Shown: positions 1 through 7,782 of the stretch, piece by piece
Position numbering within the stretch: the first letter of the stretch is position 1
Layout: the number at the start of each line of letters is the position of its first letter
Source: a virus
Length of the DNA: 49,172 bases
IMG/VR virus record: IMGVR_UViG_3300017963_000082
Strand: one strand, 5' to 3'
Notes under the pieces: generated by a model
Database searches by the model: none
What the model was told of the DNA's origin: nothing
The model's input: the letters and a program-made list of their open reading frames with translations, nothing else
Position numbers and translations under genes: made by a program

Positions 1-123
1 GCGCTGGTTGTCTCGATTGCTTCCTGTTCCAATGTGAACCCGTAGCGCACCTCCTCAGATGCTACCTGAAAGTCAGTCTGTGCTGCCACCTGCCGCTTGA
101 GTGAGTTCTCAAATTCGTCCAGA
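1..123. repeat. Contig-terminal direct repeat, copy 1. It is identical to 49050..49172 and marks the overlap of a circular, permuted or terminally redundant genome with a 49,049-bp unit.
   Basis: Read directly: both copies run gcgctggttgtctcgattgc ... caaattcgtccaga. The repeat lies inside an open reading frame (tape measure), so it is not a cos end. Confidence 0.95.
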
Positions 124-1028
124 GCATCGCGGGTGTTGAACACATTGCCCTTGGATACCGCCATCGCGTCAGACCAGGCTTTGGTAAGCATAGCCACCTG
201 GCTGATAGTCTCAGGCAGCCTCCGGATCCGCGCCGCAAATTCATCCACCCCGCCGATGGTATCCACGAGCCCAATCAGCAACTCGCCTATGCCCACCTTG
301 GCATCCTGAACCGCCGCCGTCACTTTGTCGATCTTGACCTGGGCCAGCTCGGACGTATCGCCCAATTTCTCAAGGGACTTTGCGCCCTCTTCCATCACGG
401 CGATCTTGAACGCTTCCTCGCGGGACATGTCGGCGGTTGCGGCTTGCAGCTCCTCGATGCGATTACGCACACGCCCTGAACTGATGCCAAAGTTGTCCAG
501 GCGCGGGATCGACTGGTTTGCCAACAACGCCGAAAAGTCGGCTATCCTGTCCGTGGCCCCCTGCGTCTGGTCGCCCAGTTTCGTCGCTAGTGCCGCGACG
601 GTCTCCATTTCGTCGGCATCTTCGACTAGCCCCATCTGTAGCAGGCGGGCAGCCGATGACATCGCGCCCATCTTGTCCACAGTCCCATCGGTGGCGGTGG
701 CAAACGCTTGTAGGAACTCCTCGGCTTCCTCCGCACCACCGGCGAACCGCTCAAAGCGCAATTCCGCAGCCTCGGCCTGTGCGCCCAGCTTGCCCAGTTC
801 CACGATCTGCGCGGGGAGTTGGGTCAGAAATTCGGTAGCCATCTGCCCAGCACGTTGATAGGCCCCTTGCACAAAGTTGTCAAAGGACGCGCCAAACTTT
901 TTCCCGGTTTCGTCAGCCGCTTTGAGCTGGTCTTCGGTCTGCTCTAGCTGGTCGTTGAATTTCTCGACGACGACACTACCGTCATCCTTGACGACAATGC
1001 CGACCTCAATCGTGTGTCTCTGTGGCAT
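1..1028 (-). CDS. Tape measure protein, N-terminal part. The gene wraps through the window ends into 48233..49049 and is 614 aa in total.
   Basis: The minus-strand frame is open from the ATG at 1028..1026 down to base 1. It is in frame (939 nt) with ORF 48233..49138 across the terminal repeat. It translates MPQRHTIEVGIVVKDDGSV...LQMGLVEDADEM...IRRLPETISQ, a helical Ala/Glu/Gln-rich protein directly after the G/GT chaperones. Confidence 0.85.
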   Translation of the reverse strand, partial: MPQRHTIEVGIVVKDDGSVVVEKFNDQLEQTEDQLKAADETGKKFGASFDNFVQGAYQRAGQMATEFLTQLPAQIVELGKLGAQAEAAELRFERFAGGAEEAEEFLQAFATATDGTVDKMGAMSSAARLLQMGLVEDADEMETVAALATKLGDQTQGATDRIADFSALLANQSIPRLDNFGISSGRVRNRIEELQAATADMSREEAFKIAVMEEGAKSLEKLGDTSELAQVKIDKVTAAVQDAKVGIGELLIGLVDTIGGVDEFAARIRRLPETISQVAMLTKAWSDAMAVSKGNVFNTRDALDEFENSLKRQVAAQTDFQVASEEVRYGFTLEQEAIETTS

Positions 1029-1035
1029 TCCTGCC

Positions 1036-1553
1036 TCACTTGGGTTGCAGCTTGCGCTCTAGGTTGCGCATCTCGGCTTCCGCGTTTGCGGCTTCGATGT
1101 CCCGCCGTACCAGGTGCCACGGTTGCGCCAGGGCCTCTAGCGGCGTGCAGTTGTACATCTTTTGAATCTCCCGGCGCAGCCAGTCCTCGGGCGGGTTCTC
1201 TCCTGTATTGAGAAAGTTGAGAACCCGCAGCCTCAGTTTTTTAGGTCGTCAACGGTGGGGAACCCGATCACCACGTCAAAGAGCGCGGCCACCTCAAATG
1301 TGGTCAACACGTTGATCATCTCGTCAGTGCCGTCCGGTTGGGGCAGTGGGTCGCCTGCCTTGTCCACCCAGTTCCAGCCGATCACGCGCTCTTTGATGAG
1401 TTCGTTCTTGATGATGCTTGCAGGCAATGATAGCCGCTCCCCCACCGTGAACACGACGACCTCAACCCACGAATCATCCCCCTGGATCTCCGGGGTTGCG
1501 ATCTGCAAGGTCGAACGCCGGGCCACCTTTGGGGCGTCCGCTTTCTCTGTCAT
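1036..1553 (-). CDS. Tail assembly chaperone GT-like fusion, the predicted product of a -1 frameshift at 1236..1242.
   Basis: After the slippery site, the -1 frame is open for 66 codons (KKLRLRVLNFLNTGENPPEDW...RKLQPK). It stops at TGA 1036..1038, just before the tape-measure ATG. Confidence 0.6.
1233..1553 (-). CDS. Tail assembly chaperone, G-like zero-frame product.
   Basis: A 106-aa acidic ORF lying between the tail tube and tape measure genes. It ends ...DDLKN with the slippery heptamer in its last codons. Confidence 0.7.
   Translation of the reverse strand: MTEKADAPKVARRSTLQIATPEIQGDDSWVEVVVFTVGERLSLPASIIKNELIKERVIGWNWVDKAGDPLPQPDGTDEMINVLTTFEVAALFDVVIGFPTVDDLKN
1236..1242 (-). promoter_or_regulatory. 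Programmed -1 ribosomal frameshift slippery heptamer A AAA AAC.
   Basis: The minus strand reads CTA AAA AAC TGA (plus strand gtttttt at 1236..1242). This is the canonical X XXY YYZ motif at the G/T position upstream of a tape measure gene. Confidence 0.65.
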
Positions 1554-1575
1554 TGTCTAGCCTTTCTAGCTATCT

Positions 1576-2043
1576 CTAGCTGCTGATGGTTGAACGGAAC
1601 AGCCGCGCCGCACGCACCGTGAACCCTGCTGGCGTCGGACCACCCGTCCCTGCGTCCATCTCTGGGTAGACGATCTGCGTCATCAGCGCGCCGGTCGCCT
1701 GGTACTGCTCATCACCAACCGCGCCGCCCTTGGGTGACCACCGCACGCAGATTTTGGGGGAGCACTCATCCGCTACCCACTTGTCGTGCAACTGGTCCCA
1801 CGCTTCCAGCGCAACCTCGGTATAGACGATGACGAACGTCAGATCGATCGGCTGCAGCTTGCCGCCCTCGATGATCGCGCCCTGCCCGTCCAGCGTGTAC
1901 ATCACATCGTTGAGCCGGTCCTGCGTCGGCTGTGCCAGCGATGTACTTTCGCCCGAAATGTCCACCCAGGACCCCGAGCAATCCGCCGTCAGGTTGATCT
2001 CTAGCTTTCCACAACTCCTTGGAACTGCGCCACTCGTCTGCAT
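1576..2043 (-). CDS. Putative major tail (tube) protein.
   Basis: A 155-aa beta-rich ORF immediately upstream of the chaperone pair. The assignment rests on position and size only. Confidence 0.5.
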   Translation of the reverse strand: MQTSGAVPRSCGKLEINLTADCSGSWVDISGESTSLAQPTQDRLNDVMYTLDGQGAIIEGGKLQPIDLTFVIVYTEVALEAWDQLHDKWVADECSPKICVRWSPKGGAVGDEQYQATGALMTQIVYPEMDAGTGGPTPAGFTVRAARLFRSTISS

Positions 2044-2070
2044 TTCTACCTCCAGTAGAAACTATCCTGC

Positions 2071-2409
2071 TCAGCCGGACCGTATTTTGGCCCGGTTCAA
2101 TCCCAACAATTCACGCAACTCTGCCCGCCACTTTGCGATCACGTGCGGGCGTGATCCTATTGCATCTGCTATCTCGTCATCGCCCATCGCAAAGAACCGG
2201 TGGACGTCGATGCCATGCTCCTCAAACCGCTTGAACCGTAGACGCCAGCCGGGGAGCTGGTCCATCGGCGGGACGTTGAATACAGAGATCACACCCTTTG
2301 TCACGAGGATGTCCAGACTAGCACGCTTTAGCCCTTCGAGCGGGTGGACGCATCCCTTGCCGATGAACCCATTCCCATACTGCAGGTTCTTGTGGATGTA
2401 GTAGAGCAT
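2071..2409 (-). CDS. Hypothetical late protein with a possible HTH-like C-terminus.
   Basis: A 112-aa ORF whose start shares base 2409 with the stop of 2409..2876. It lies in the neck/tail block, and its function is not recognisable. Confidence 0.55.
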   Translation of the reverse strand: MLYYIHKNLQYGNGFIGKGCVHPLEGLKRASLDILVTKGVISVFNVPPMDQLPGWRLRFKRFEEHGIDVHRFFAMGDDEIADAIGSRPHVIAKWRAELRELLGLNRAKIRSG

Positions 2410-2876
2410 CAGAATACCTCCATCACCAGGACAAACCGGATGCCAGAATAGAGAAGCGACTGGCGGTCAAAGATCACCCGCTCCGCCGTCCAGTGGATGT
2501 TACGGATAAATTCGTTGCCAAAAATCGGGCACCCGGCCCCGCCCGCCGCGCCACTTTCCAGCCGGTCCTCGATTGCATCCCAGCAGTCAACCACGTCCTC
2601 CATGTTCTCGTCGATCTGGTTACGGGTATGCACATAGACGTCAACGTGTACGGTCAGGCTATGCACACGCACGCCTTTGGATAGCGTGGTTGCGTCCGTC
2701 TCTGTGCGGCTGTCTACCTCCAAATTCTCCGGGTAGACCTCGAGCAGCGGATAGTCGGGCATTCCCTCCTTGATCTCGTTATAGTTGTCTGCCAAGATCG
2801 TGAGCCCGTTCGCCGTCGTGATGCCCGTCAGCGCCGTTGTAGTGTCTGTGCAGATTTCCGCTATGGTGACTGCCAC
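2409..2876 (-). CDS. Putative tail terminator or neck protein.
   Basis: A 155-aa ORF between the HK97-gp10-like gene and the tail tube. Its start shares base 2876 with the stop of the upstream gene. Confidence 0.45.
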   Translation of the reverse strand: MAVTIAEICTDTTTALTGITTANGLTILADNYNEIKEGMPDYPLLEVYPENLEVDSRTETDATTLSKGVRVHSLTVHVDVYVHTRNQIDENMEDVVDCWDAIEDRLESGAAGGAGCPIFGNEFIRNIHWTAERVIFDRQSLLYSGIRFVLVMEVF

Positions 2877-3397
2877 TATTTCCTCACTATCGCGTCTAGT
2901 GCGCGGTCCATTATGCGCTTGATCTGTTCCCGCCGGTCCTCTAGTGCGCCTTGGAGGAAACGCTTTGCCTTGACGCCCGCTATTCTGATAGCCTTGCGTG
3001 CTTTCCCGGCAAGTAATCCAGCGGCTTGAACATTGCCCTTTTCCTTACGCATTGCCCACCTGAACAGAGGCCCCCACTTTGCCCAAAACGGACGGGTACC
3101 CAATTCCTGATAGGGCGCGTATTTCAGATTCGAGCCCACGACGCCCTGGATCGTCTTTGGTGCCAGCGTGCGGATCTCCGGCGTGATACTGGCCCGCAGT
3201 CGTCCCCGATCCCGTGGTGCTTTCTTTTTCGCCACACGTTCCACGGCGAGGGTAGACTTTGCGACCGCAGCCACCAGCGGGGACCCCTCATCCCCCCTCA
3301 AATCCTTTGCCACAATCTCCATTTTGCGCTGCACCTCTCGCAGCCCCTTGGTCGTGATCTTGACCTCGCTCATTCGGTCATCGGCGGACGAATCCAC
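2876..3397 (-). CDS. HK97 gp10-family head-tail joining protein.
   Basis: Contains KGLREVQRKMEIVAKDL...RDRGRLRASITPEI...VGSNLKYAPYQELGT, the typical gp10-family signature (xxYAxYxExGT). Confidence 0.7.
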   Translation of the reverse strand: MDSSADDRMSEVKITTKGLREVQRKMEIVAKDLRGDEGSPLVAAVAKSTLAVERVAKKKAPRDRGRLRASITPEIRTLAPKTIQGVVGSNLKYAPYQELGTRPFWAKWGPLFRWAMRKEKGNVQAAGLLAGKARKAIRIAGVKAKRFLQGALEDRREQIKRIMDRALDAIVRK

Positions 3398-4068
3398 CGC
3401 CCCATCCTGAGAATGAATTGCACATCTGGGTCCAATGCCTGCGTGAAGCGCAACTCTCCCAAGTCCGTTGTCGCCAGGCTATCAGCCATCCCCACCTTTA
3501 GCCGCTCGAACCAGCGGGCGGCCTGCATAATGGTCGCCTGCTTGATCGCGTCGGGGACAGCCGCGGCATAGCCCCACCTGGCGGTCACTTGCACCGTTGG
3601 TTCCCGGTATTGTCCATCGTGTTCGTGGTAGCGCGTGTCGGGCCATAGGTGAGTGGCAGACGACCCACTCCCTGACGTGAATACTGCCTCACTCCCGCTG
3701 ATAGTGACCACGAGCAAGGTGTACGGCGTCCCGTAGAACTTGGGGAAGTCCGGGGCGCCCCTTGCCGCATTCCAGTCAGTCGCAGCCCACGCGGTATAGG
3801 TCGTGTCAGACGGTGACTCTTTGACCGCTACTGAGTCGATCTGGATGCATTCGTCTATCATCAGAAACCGGTTGCCACTGCCCACATACGCGCGCGCCAC
3901 CGCCGCATCCGGGGCAACATAGCCGTCCTCGATCCGGTTGGTGTAGCCGTCTATTGCCCGCGAGGCCGCACCCAACAGAACATCCAGCACGCCATCGCTG
4001 GCATTCTTGTCCTTCTCAATCTCCGATCTCAGTTCTAGAGCCGTCGCGTATACCGCTGTACTTGCCAT
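3370..4068 (-). CDS. Head-tail connector/adaptor, gp6-like N-terminus with an extended C-terminus.
   Basis: The N-terminus ATALELRSEIEKDKNASDGVLDVLLGAASRAIDGYTNR resembles gp6-like connector proteins. Its position in the neck block supports this. Confidence 0.55.
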   Translation of the reverse strand: MASTAVYATALELRSEIEKDKNASDGVLDVLLGAASRAIDGYTNRIEDGYVAPDAAVARAYVGSGNRFLMIDECIQIDSVAVKESPSDTTYTAWAATDWNAARGAPDFPKFYGTPYTLLVVTISGSEAVFTSGSGSSATHLWPDTRYHEHDGQYREPTVQVTARWGYAAAVPDAIKQATIMQAARWFERLKVGMADSLATTDLGELRFTQALDPDVQFILRMGRWIRPPMTE

Positions 4069-4376
4069 TAGACGATCTCCGATTTGCGCGCATAGAACCC
4101 GTGTTCAGACGCAGCCACGAGGGCACCGGTACCTTCCCACCGGTAGTACCACAACCCGGCCTCGTCCAGCGTGACATCAGCGTGATAGTCACCCACGCCA
4201 TCCTTGACGATGGTACCCGCCGGTGGGTACGTGTAGGTCGTTTCATTCCCCGATGGATCGCGGATGATGAATGTCACCGTAGTTGGGTCGGTCGCCGTCC
4301 CTGCCGTGTCTGCGAACACTACATCACAGCGCACCGCCTGTCCGATGTCGTATGTGTTGACTGAAAGAGTCGCCAT
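4068..4376 (-). CDS. Hypothetical small beta-sandwich-like virion protein.
   Basis: A 102-aa ORF whose stop and start are coupled to both neighbours. It is Thr/Gly-rich with ...GLWYYRWEGTG.... Confidence 0.5.
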   Translation of the reverse strand: MATLSVNTYDIGQAVRCDVVFADTAGTATDPTTVTFIIRDPSGNETTYTYPPAGTIVKDGVGDYHADVTLDEAGLWYYRWEGTGALVAASEHGFYARKSEIV

Positions 4377-4579
4377 TATGGGTCATCTCCGATTGTAGCT
4401 GTCCCTGCCGATACGTCCCCGATGGTCGCACTGATGCCCACATCGCCCACCACCGCGCCTGTCCCCGCGTCCCCGATCGTGATCTTGCCGATCGAGATGG
4501 TCCACGGCCACCACCGGTAGGGCAGAGGCCAGTAGAAAAACACCCGCGGCCAGTACGGGGAACTGTGCGGCCAGTACAC
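4376..4579 (-). CDS. Small repeat protein with a YWP heptads N-terminus and IGD repeats at the C-terminus.
   Basis: It has a GTG start overlapping the upstream TAG and a TAATG junction downstream. Third codon positions are mostly G/C. The sequence is M-YWPHSSP-YWPRVFF-YWPLPYR-WWPW... then ITIGD/VVGD/ATIGD/ATIGD. Confidence 0.45.
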   Translation of the reverse strand: MYWPHSSPYWPRVFFYWPLPYRWWPWTISIGKITIGDAGTGAVVGDVGISATIGDVSAGTATIGDDP

Positions 4580-5091
4580 TATGAGCCATCCAGGGCGATC
4601 ACAGTTCGGTTGCCATTGACCGTCACAGTTGCGGCGATCCGGTCCTTTGTGTCCCCCACATCGCGGAATGCCACCGACGCTGTGCCCCCACCGGTAGACA
4701 GGCCAGCAAGTGCTGCTAACAGAATGCGCACGATTTCCTTGTGCGTCAGCGTCCCCTCGTACACCTCGCTGGAATGCAGCAGGTCATCGACGGTTCGCAC
4801 GGTCGTGCGGAATGTCAGCGACACATCGTCCCAATCCCCGCCAGCCTGATCGATCGCTCGAATGGAAATAGAGACGCCGTTCGTCTCCGCCTGGGATAGC
4901 TGTACGCGCACCTGACCGCCAGCCGCAGGCGTCACGGTCGGCAACGTGGCAAGGTTAGCAAACGCCCCACCGTCGATGCTGATCTGGAAATCACCAGCGG
5001 CAATGGTCGGCGTCAGGTTGATGTCCGCACCGCTGAACAGGAAAAAGTAGACCTCCTGCCCTGCTGTGTTTCTAGCGATCGGTACACTCAT
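4579..5091 (-). CDS. Hypothetical structural protein.
   Basis: A 170-aa beta-rich ORF in the late operon, with its stop coupled to the next gene. Confidence 0.55.
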   Translation of the reverse strand: MSVPIARNTAGQEVYFFLFSGADINLTPTIAAGDFQISIDGGAFANLATLPTVTPAAGGQVRVQLSQAETNGVSISIRAIDQAGGDWDDVSLTFRTTVRTVDDLLHSSEVYEGTLTHKEIVRILLAALAGLSTGGGTASVAFRDVGDTKDRIAATVTVNGNRTVIALDGS

Positions 5092-5098
5092 AGCTCAC

Positions 5099-5371
5099 CT
5101 ATCCCACCCGGTCAATAAGCGCGTTGACATCGGCGGCGTCCAAGTCGTCCTGCACATTGGTGATCAGGTTGTAGACGATCTCTGCATCAGCCGCAGTTGT
5201 GCCATACGCAGCCGCCAGTGATGCCCAATCCGCACCCGTCGCGTACTGATCCGAGATGTCCTTGACCTTGATGCCCAATGCCTGCAAAGCACGTAGTTGG
5301 TCCACAAATCGGCGCACGTCTGCCGCCAGCCTGGATGCCGTGCCTTCGATGTTGATGTGCTGACTTGCCAT
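5099..5371 (-). CDS. Hypothetical helical late protein.
   Basis: A 90-aa ORF preceded by the SD-like sequence AGGAGGATCA. Confidence 0.55.
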   Translation of the reverse strand: MASQHINIEGTASRLAADVRRFVDQLRALQALGIKVKDISDQYATGADWASLAAAYGTTAADAEIVYNLITNVQDDLDAADVNALIDRVG

Positions 5372-5386
5372 TGATCCTCCTAAACC

Positions 5387-6118
5387 TCAAAGTTGCGCCA
5401 TAGCCGCCGCTATGCTAGCCGCCTCTGCCTGTACCGCTGCCGCGCCCCCGTTGTAGATAGCGATAGATTCGATGTCAGCGGTGATAGGTAGCAATAATGC
5501 TCCTACATTCCCCAATCCCCCGATGAATATTGAATCTGGATTAGCACCACCAACACCCAGTACGATCTCTGATACACCGTCTCGATAGCCATTCGTTCCA
5601 GATACCCCGAGATTCCCTGATAACAATTGCGGTCCTTGTGCCCCCGCACCCCCTGAGCCATATTGAACTCTATTTACCCCGTCATCAGGATAAACAAAGA
5701 AAAAGAATCGAGGCACGGCCCCACGGCTACCTGCCGCAACGCCATTGTTGATCACATTCGCAAACTGCACAAACATAGACCAGCTCTGATCGTTCGCCGG
5801 AACCAGCCCCGTGTCAAAATACTGCGAGTTCGCCGCTACAAAGTCCCACCCCGACGCCTGGACCCAGTTAACCGCGCCGTTGCCCTCTACCAGGTCATTG
5901 ACGCCGGGAGTAACGAGGTTGACAAGCGTCTGCGCGTATGCGGTCGGTCCCCCGCTCCAAGGTGTACCAACCGAGTTGATCGCACGGTATGCAGCCACAG
6001 CGGACAAGCCGACATTGTTGGGGTCCCACCAGTTAGCAGCAGCCCCACGCCCCTTCCACACAACCATCCCGCTGATGTCATCGTATTGAGTTGGCCCACT
6101 ACCTCGAAATGTTAGCAC
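5387..6118 (-). CDS. LamG/concanavalin-like jelly-roll, fibre-like protein.
   Basis: A 243-aa Gly/Asn/Val-rich protein with ...SQYFDTGLVPANDQSWSMFVQF... and ...SIFIGGLGN.... This resembles LamG-type domains of phage fibres. The call is by eye only. Confidence 0.45.
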   Translation of the reverse strand: MLTFRGSGPTQYDDISGMVVWKGRGAAANWWDPNNVGLSAVAAYRAINSVGTPWSGGPTAYAQTLVNLVTPGVNDLVEGNGAVNWVQASGWDFVAANSQYFDTGLVPANDQSWSMFVQFANVINNGVAAGSRGAVPRFFFFVYPDDGVNRVQYGSGGAGAQGPQLLSGNLGVSGTNGYRDGVSEIVLGVGGANPDSIFIGGLGNVGALLLPITADIESIAIYNGGAAAVQAEAASIAAAMAQL

Positions 6119-6123
6119 GTGCC

Positions 6124-6882
6124 CTACTTTACGTACTCTTGTCTAGATCCCATCGTGTCCGACTGGCGGTGCATATCCGCTGCTGTCACGTCCACGTCTA
6201 GCCCGGAGGTCTCCGCGCCGGAGAACAGCCCCGAAGCGTTGGTATAGTCCCGGTACAGCCGGATTTGCACGATGTCCGATAGTTCTGCCGCTGCGGGCGG
6301 CGTGATTGCCATTCCGCTATCCAGGATCTGGTTCAACGTCCCGGCGGCATAGGTAAAGATCGGCGTTGACAACGGCACATTGGTCCACGCTGCCGTCTTT
6401 GCCTGCCCGTTGACCTGCCAGCGGTAGCCGATCAAGAAATTGGGCTGTTCTGCGTTCGCTTGCCACAAGTGGACGTGAAACTCTACATCTGACTGCACAA
6501 GCCAATCGTGGTTCACCTGGACGTTGTAGACCACGTAATCCGTCGGGTAGCGTGCGCTGTCCTCAAAAGTGATGCTTCCCTCTGCCAAGTTCTGCACGAT
6601 GTCTGACGCGGGAGACTGTAGGCGAGAGGCCAAAAGCGGCCCTAGTTCATCGCGCCAGGTGGTCGCATCCCCATGCGCCTGCATTGTCCCGTCGGCTTCG
6701 AACTCGGTATAGTCACCGCCCGCGACGTCCCCGACTGTCAGAGTAGAGAACGACCCCGGAAAGTCACCGCCAGTCGAGGCGTCATAGACCACCTCGGCGT
6801 GCGTCCCATCGCCCATGTCCCGATAACGTGTTTGCATCGTGGACGGGACCGATTCGCCTTGCTTCAGTACAATGTCTGCCAT
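6124..6882 (-). CDS. Fibre/decoration-like protein carrying the shared N-terminal module (copy C).
   Basis: The N-terminus MADIVLKQGESVPSTMQTRYRDMGDGTHAEVV is paralogous to the two genes upstream. The C-terminal ~215 aa are a unique beta-rich domain. Confidence 0.65.
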   Translation of the reverse strand: MADIVLKQGESVPSTMQTRYRDMGDGTHAEVVYDASTGGDFPGSFSTLTVGDVAGGDYTEFEADGTMQAHGDATTWRDELGPLLASRLQSPASDIVQNLAEGSITFEDSARYPTDYVVYNVQVNHDWLVQSDVEFHVHLWQANAEQPNFLIGYRWQVNGQAKTAAWTNVPLSTPIFTYAAGTLNQILDSGMAITPPAAAELSDIVQIRLYRDYTNASGLFSGAETSGLDVDVTAADMHRQSDTMGSRQEYVK

Positions 6883-6883
6883 C

Positions 6884-7108
6884 TTAACCCCTCGTCAGCA
6901 CGAGCGCGTGTGTCCCATCGCTCATATCCTGATACCTTGTTTGCATTGCGGACGGTATAGACTGCCCTTGGGAGAGCACGATGTCTGTGCCGCCGCTGCC
7001 TGCCCGGAAACTGATCACGCGGGCGTATGTCCCATCGCCCATATCGCGGTATCTAGTCTGCATTGTCGCGGGCACCGATTGCCCTTGTGTTAGCACGATG
7101 TCAGCCAT
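6884..7108 (-). CDS. 74-aa protein made only of two tandem copies of the shared module.
   Basis: The two copies are MADIVLTQGQSVPATMQTRYRDMGDGTYARVI and TDIVLSQGQSIPSAMQTRYQDMSDGTHALVL. Confidence 0.65.
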   Translation of the reverse strand: MADIVLTQGQSVPATMQTRYRDMGDGTYARVISFRAGSGGTDIVLSQGQSIPSAMQTRYQDMSDGTHALVLTRG

Positions 7109-7113
7109 ACAGC

Positions 7114-7782
7114 CTAATGTCCGTGATAGAATACAAAGATCGACACAGTTGCCGATCCGCCGGTGTGTCCGTATTTCATAATCAAATCGCCACGCGCGGG
7201 CGTCACAGACCCCGCACCTGCAGGGCTGTCTAGATTCGCCCCCGTATTGACGGCTGCCACGTTTGTCTCTGCGAGATTCGAGATCCCGTGTAGCATACTG
7301 TTCCCGTTCAAATCTAGCTTGACCTGCGAGGGCACACCGCGCAGCGATTCGACGCGATCTTCCTGTGTCGCCCCATTGATGAATGGCAACCCGGCAAAGT
7401 AGTCAATATCTGCATTGGCCCCGTTGATCCTCGTAATCACGCCGAGTAATAGCTGTCCCTGCGTATTTGCGCCGAGATCAAGAGAATAATAGATGGATGT
7501 GATGTCCATCCGACTTGTGCCCTGCCCCTGGATGCGGTGCGGCCATAGCGGATTGTCCCGGTCTACCAGGATCACATAGGTGTCTGAGTTGAACGTGGCA
7601 GAGTACACCGCAAATACATCATTCTCGCGTTCCGTGACCGTGGTCCACAGTTCGCCATCTGACGTCAATTCTGCGCCAATGGATACCACCATCGCGTGCG
7701 TGCCGTCCCCCATGTCCTTGTAGCGGGTTTGTGTCCCAGACGGCAATGACTGCCCCTGGGTTAGCACCAAATCAGCCATCAT
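7114..7782 (-). CDS. Fibre/decoration-like protein carrying the shared N-terminal module (copy A).
   Basis: The N-terminus is MMADLVLTQGQSLPSGTQTRYKDMGDGTHAMVV, followed by a unique ~185-aa beta-rich C-terminal domain. Confidence 0.65.
   Translation of the reverse strand: MMADLVLTQGQSLPSGTQTRYKDMGDGTHAMVVSIGAELTSDGELWTTVTERENDVFAVYSATFNSDTYVILVDRDNPLWPHRIQGQGTSRMDITSIYYSLDLGANTQGQLLLGVITRINGANADIDYFAGLPFINGATQEDRVESLRGVPSQVKLDLNGNSMLHGISNLAETNVAAVNTGANLDSPAGAGSVTPARGDLIMKYGHTGGSATVSIFVFYHGH

Noticed and set aside
1-123. Terminal repeat read as an LTR, an IS end or a biological duplication.
   Set aside because: It occurs exactly at the two contig ends and sits inside a single continuous ORF. 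That is the signature of an assembly overlap of a circular or permuted molecule.
325-858. Long plus-strand ORFs overlapping the minus-strand late genes. Examples are 325..858, 1829..2401, 9319..9984, 13087..13800, 17344..18303, 41723..42949 and 47339..48478.
   Set aside because: They lie antisense to ORFs with recognisable phage functions (tape measure, capsid, portal, glycosidase, Dit). They are Arg/Pro/Ser/Ala-rich, as expected for shadow frames in GC-rich DNA. They lack SD sequences and coupled junctions.
5387-6118. Diversity-generating retroelement targeting the LamG-like proteins (5387..6118 and 43714..44529).
   Set aside because: I could read no reverse transcriptase ORF. I found no template/variable repeat pair with adenine-specific differences.
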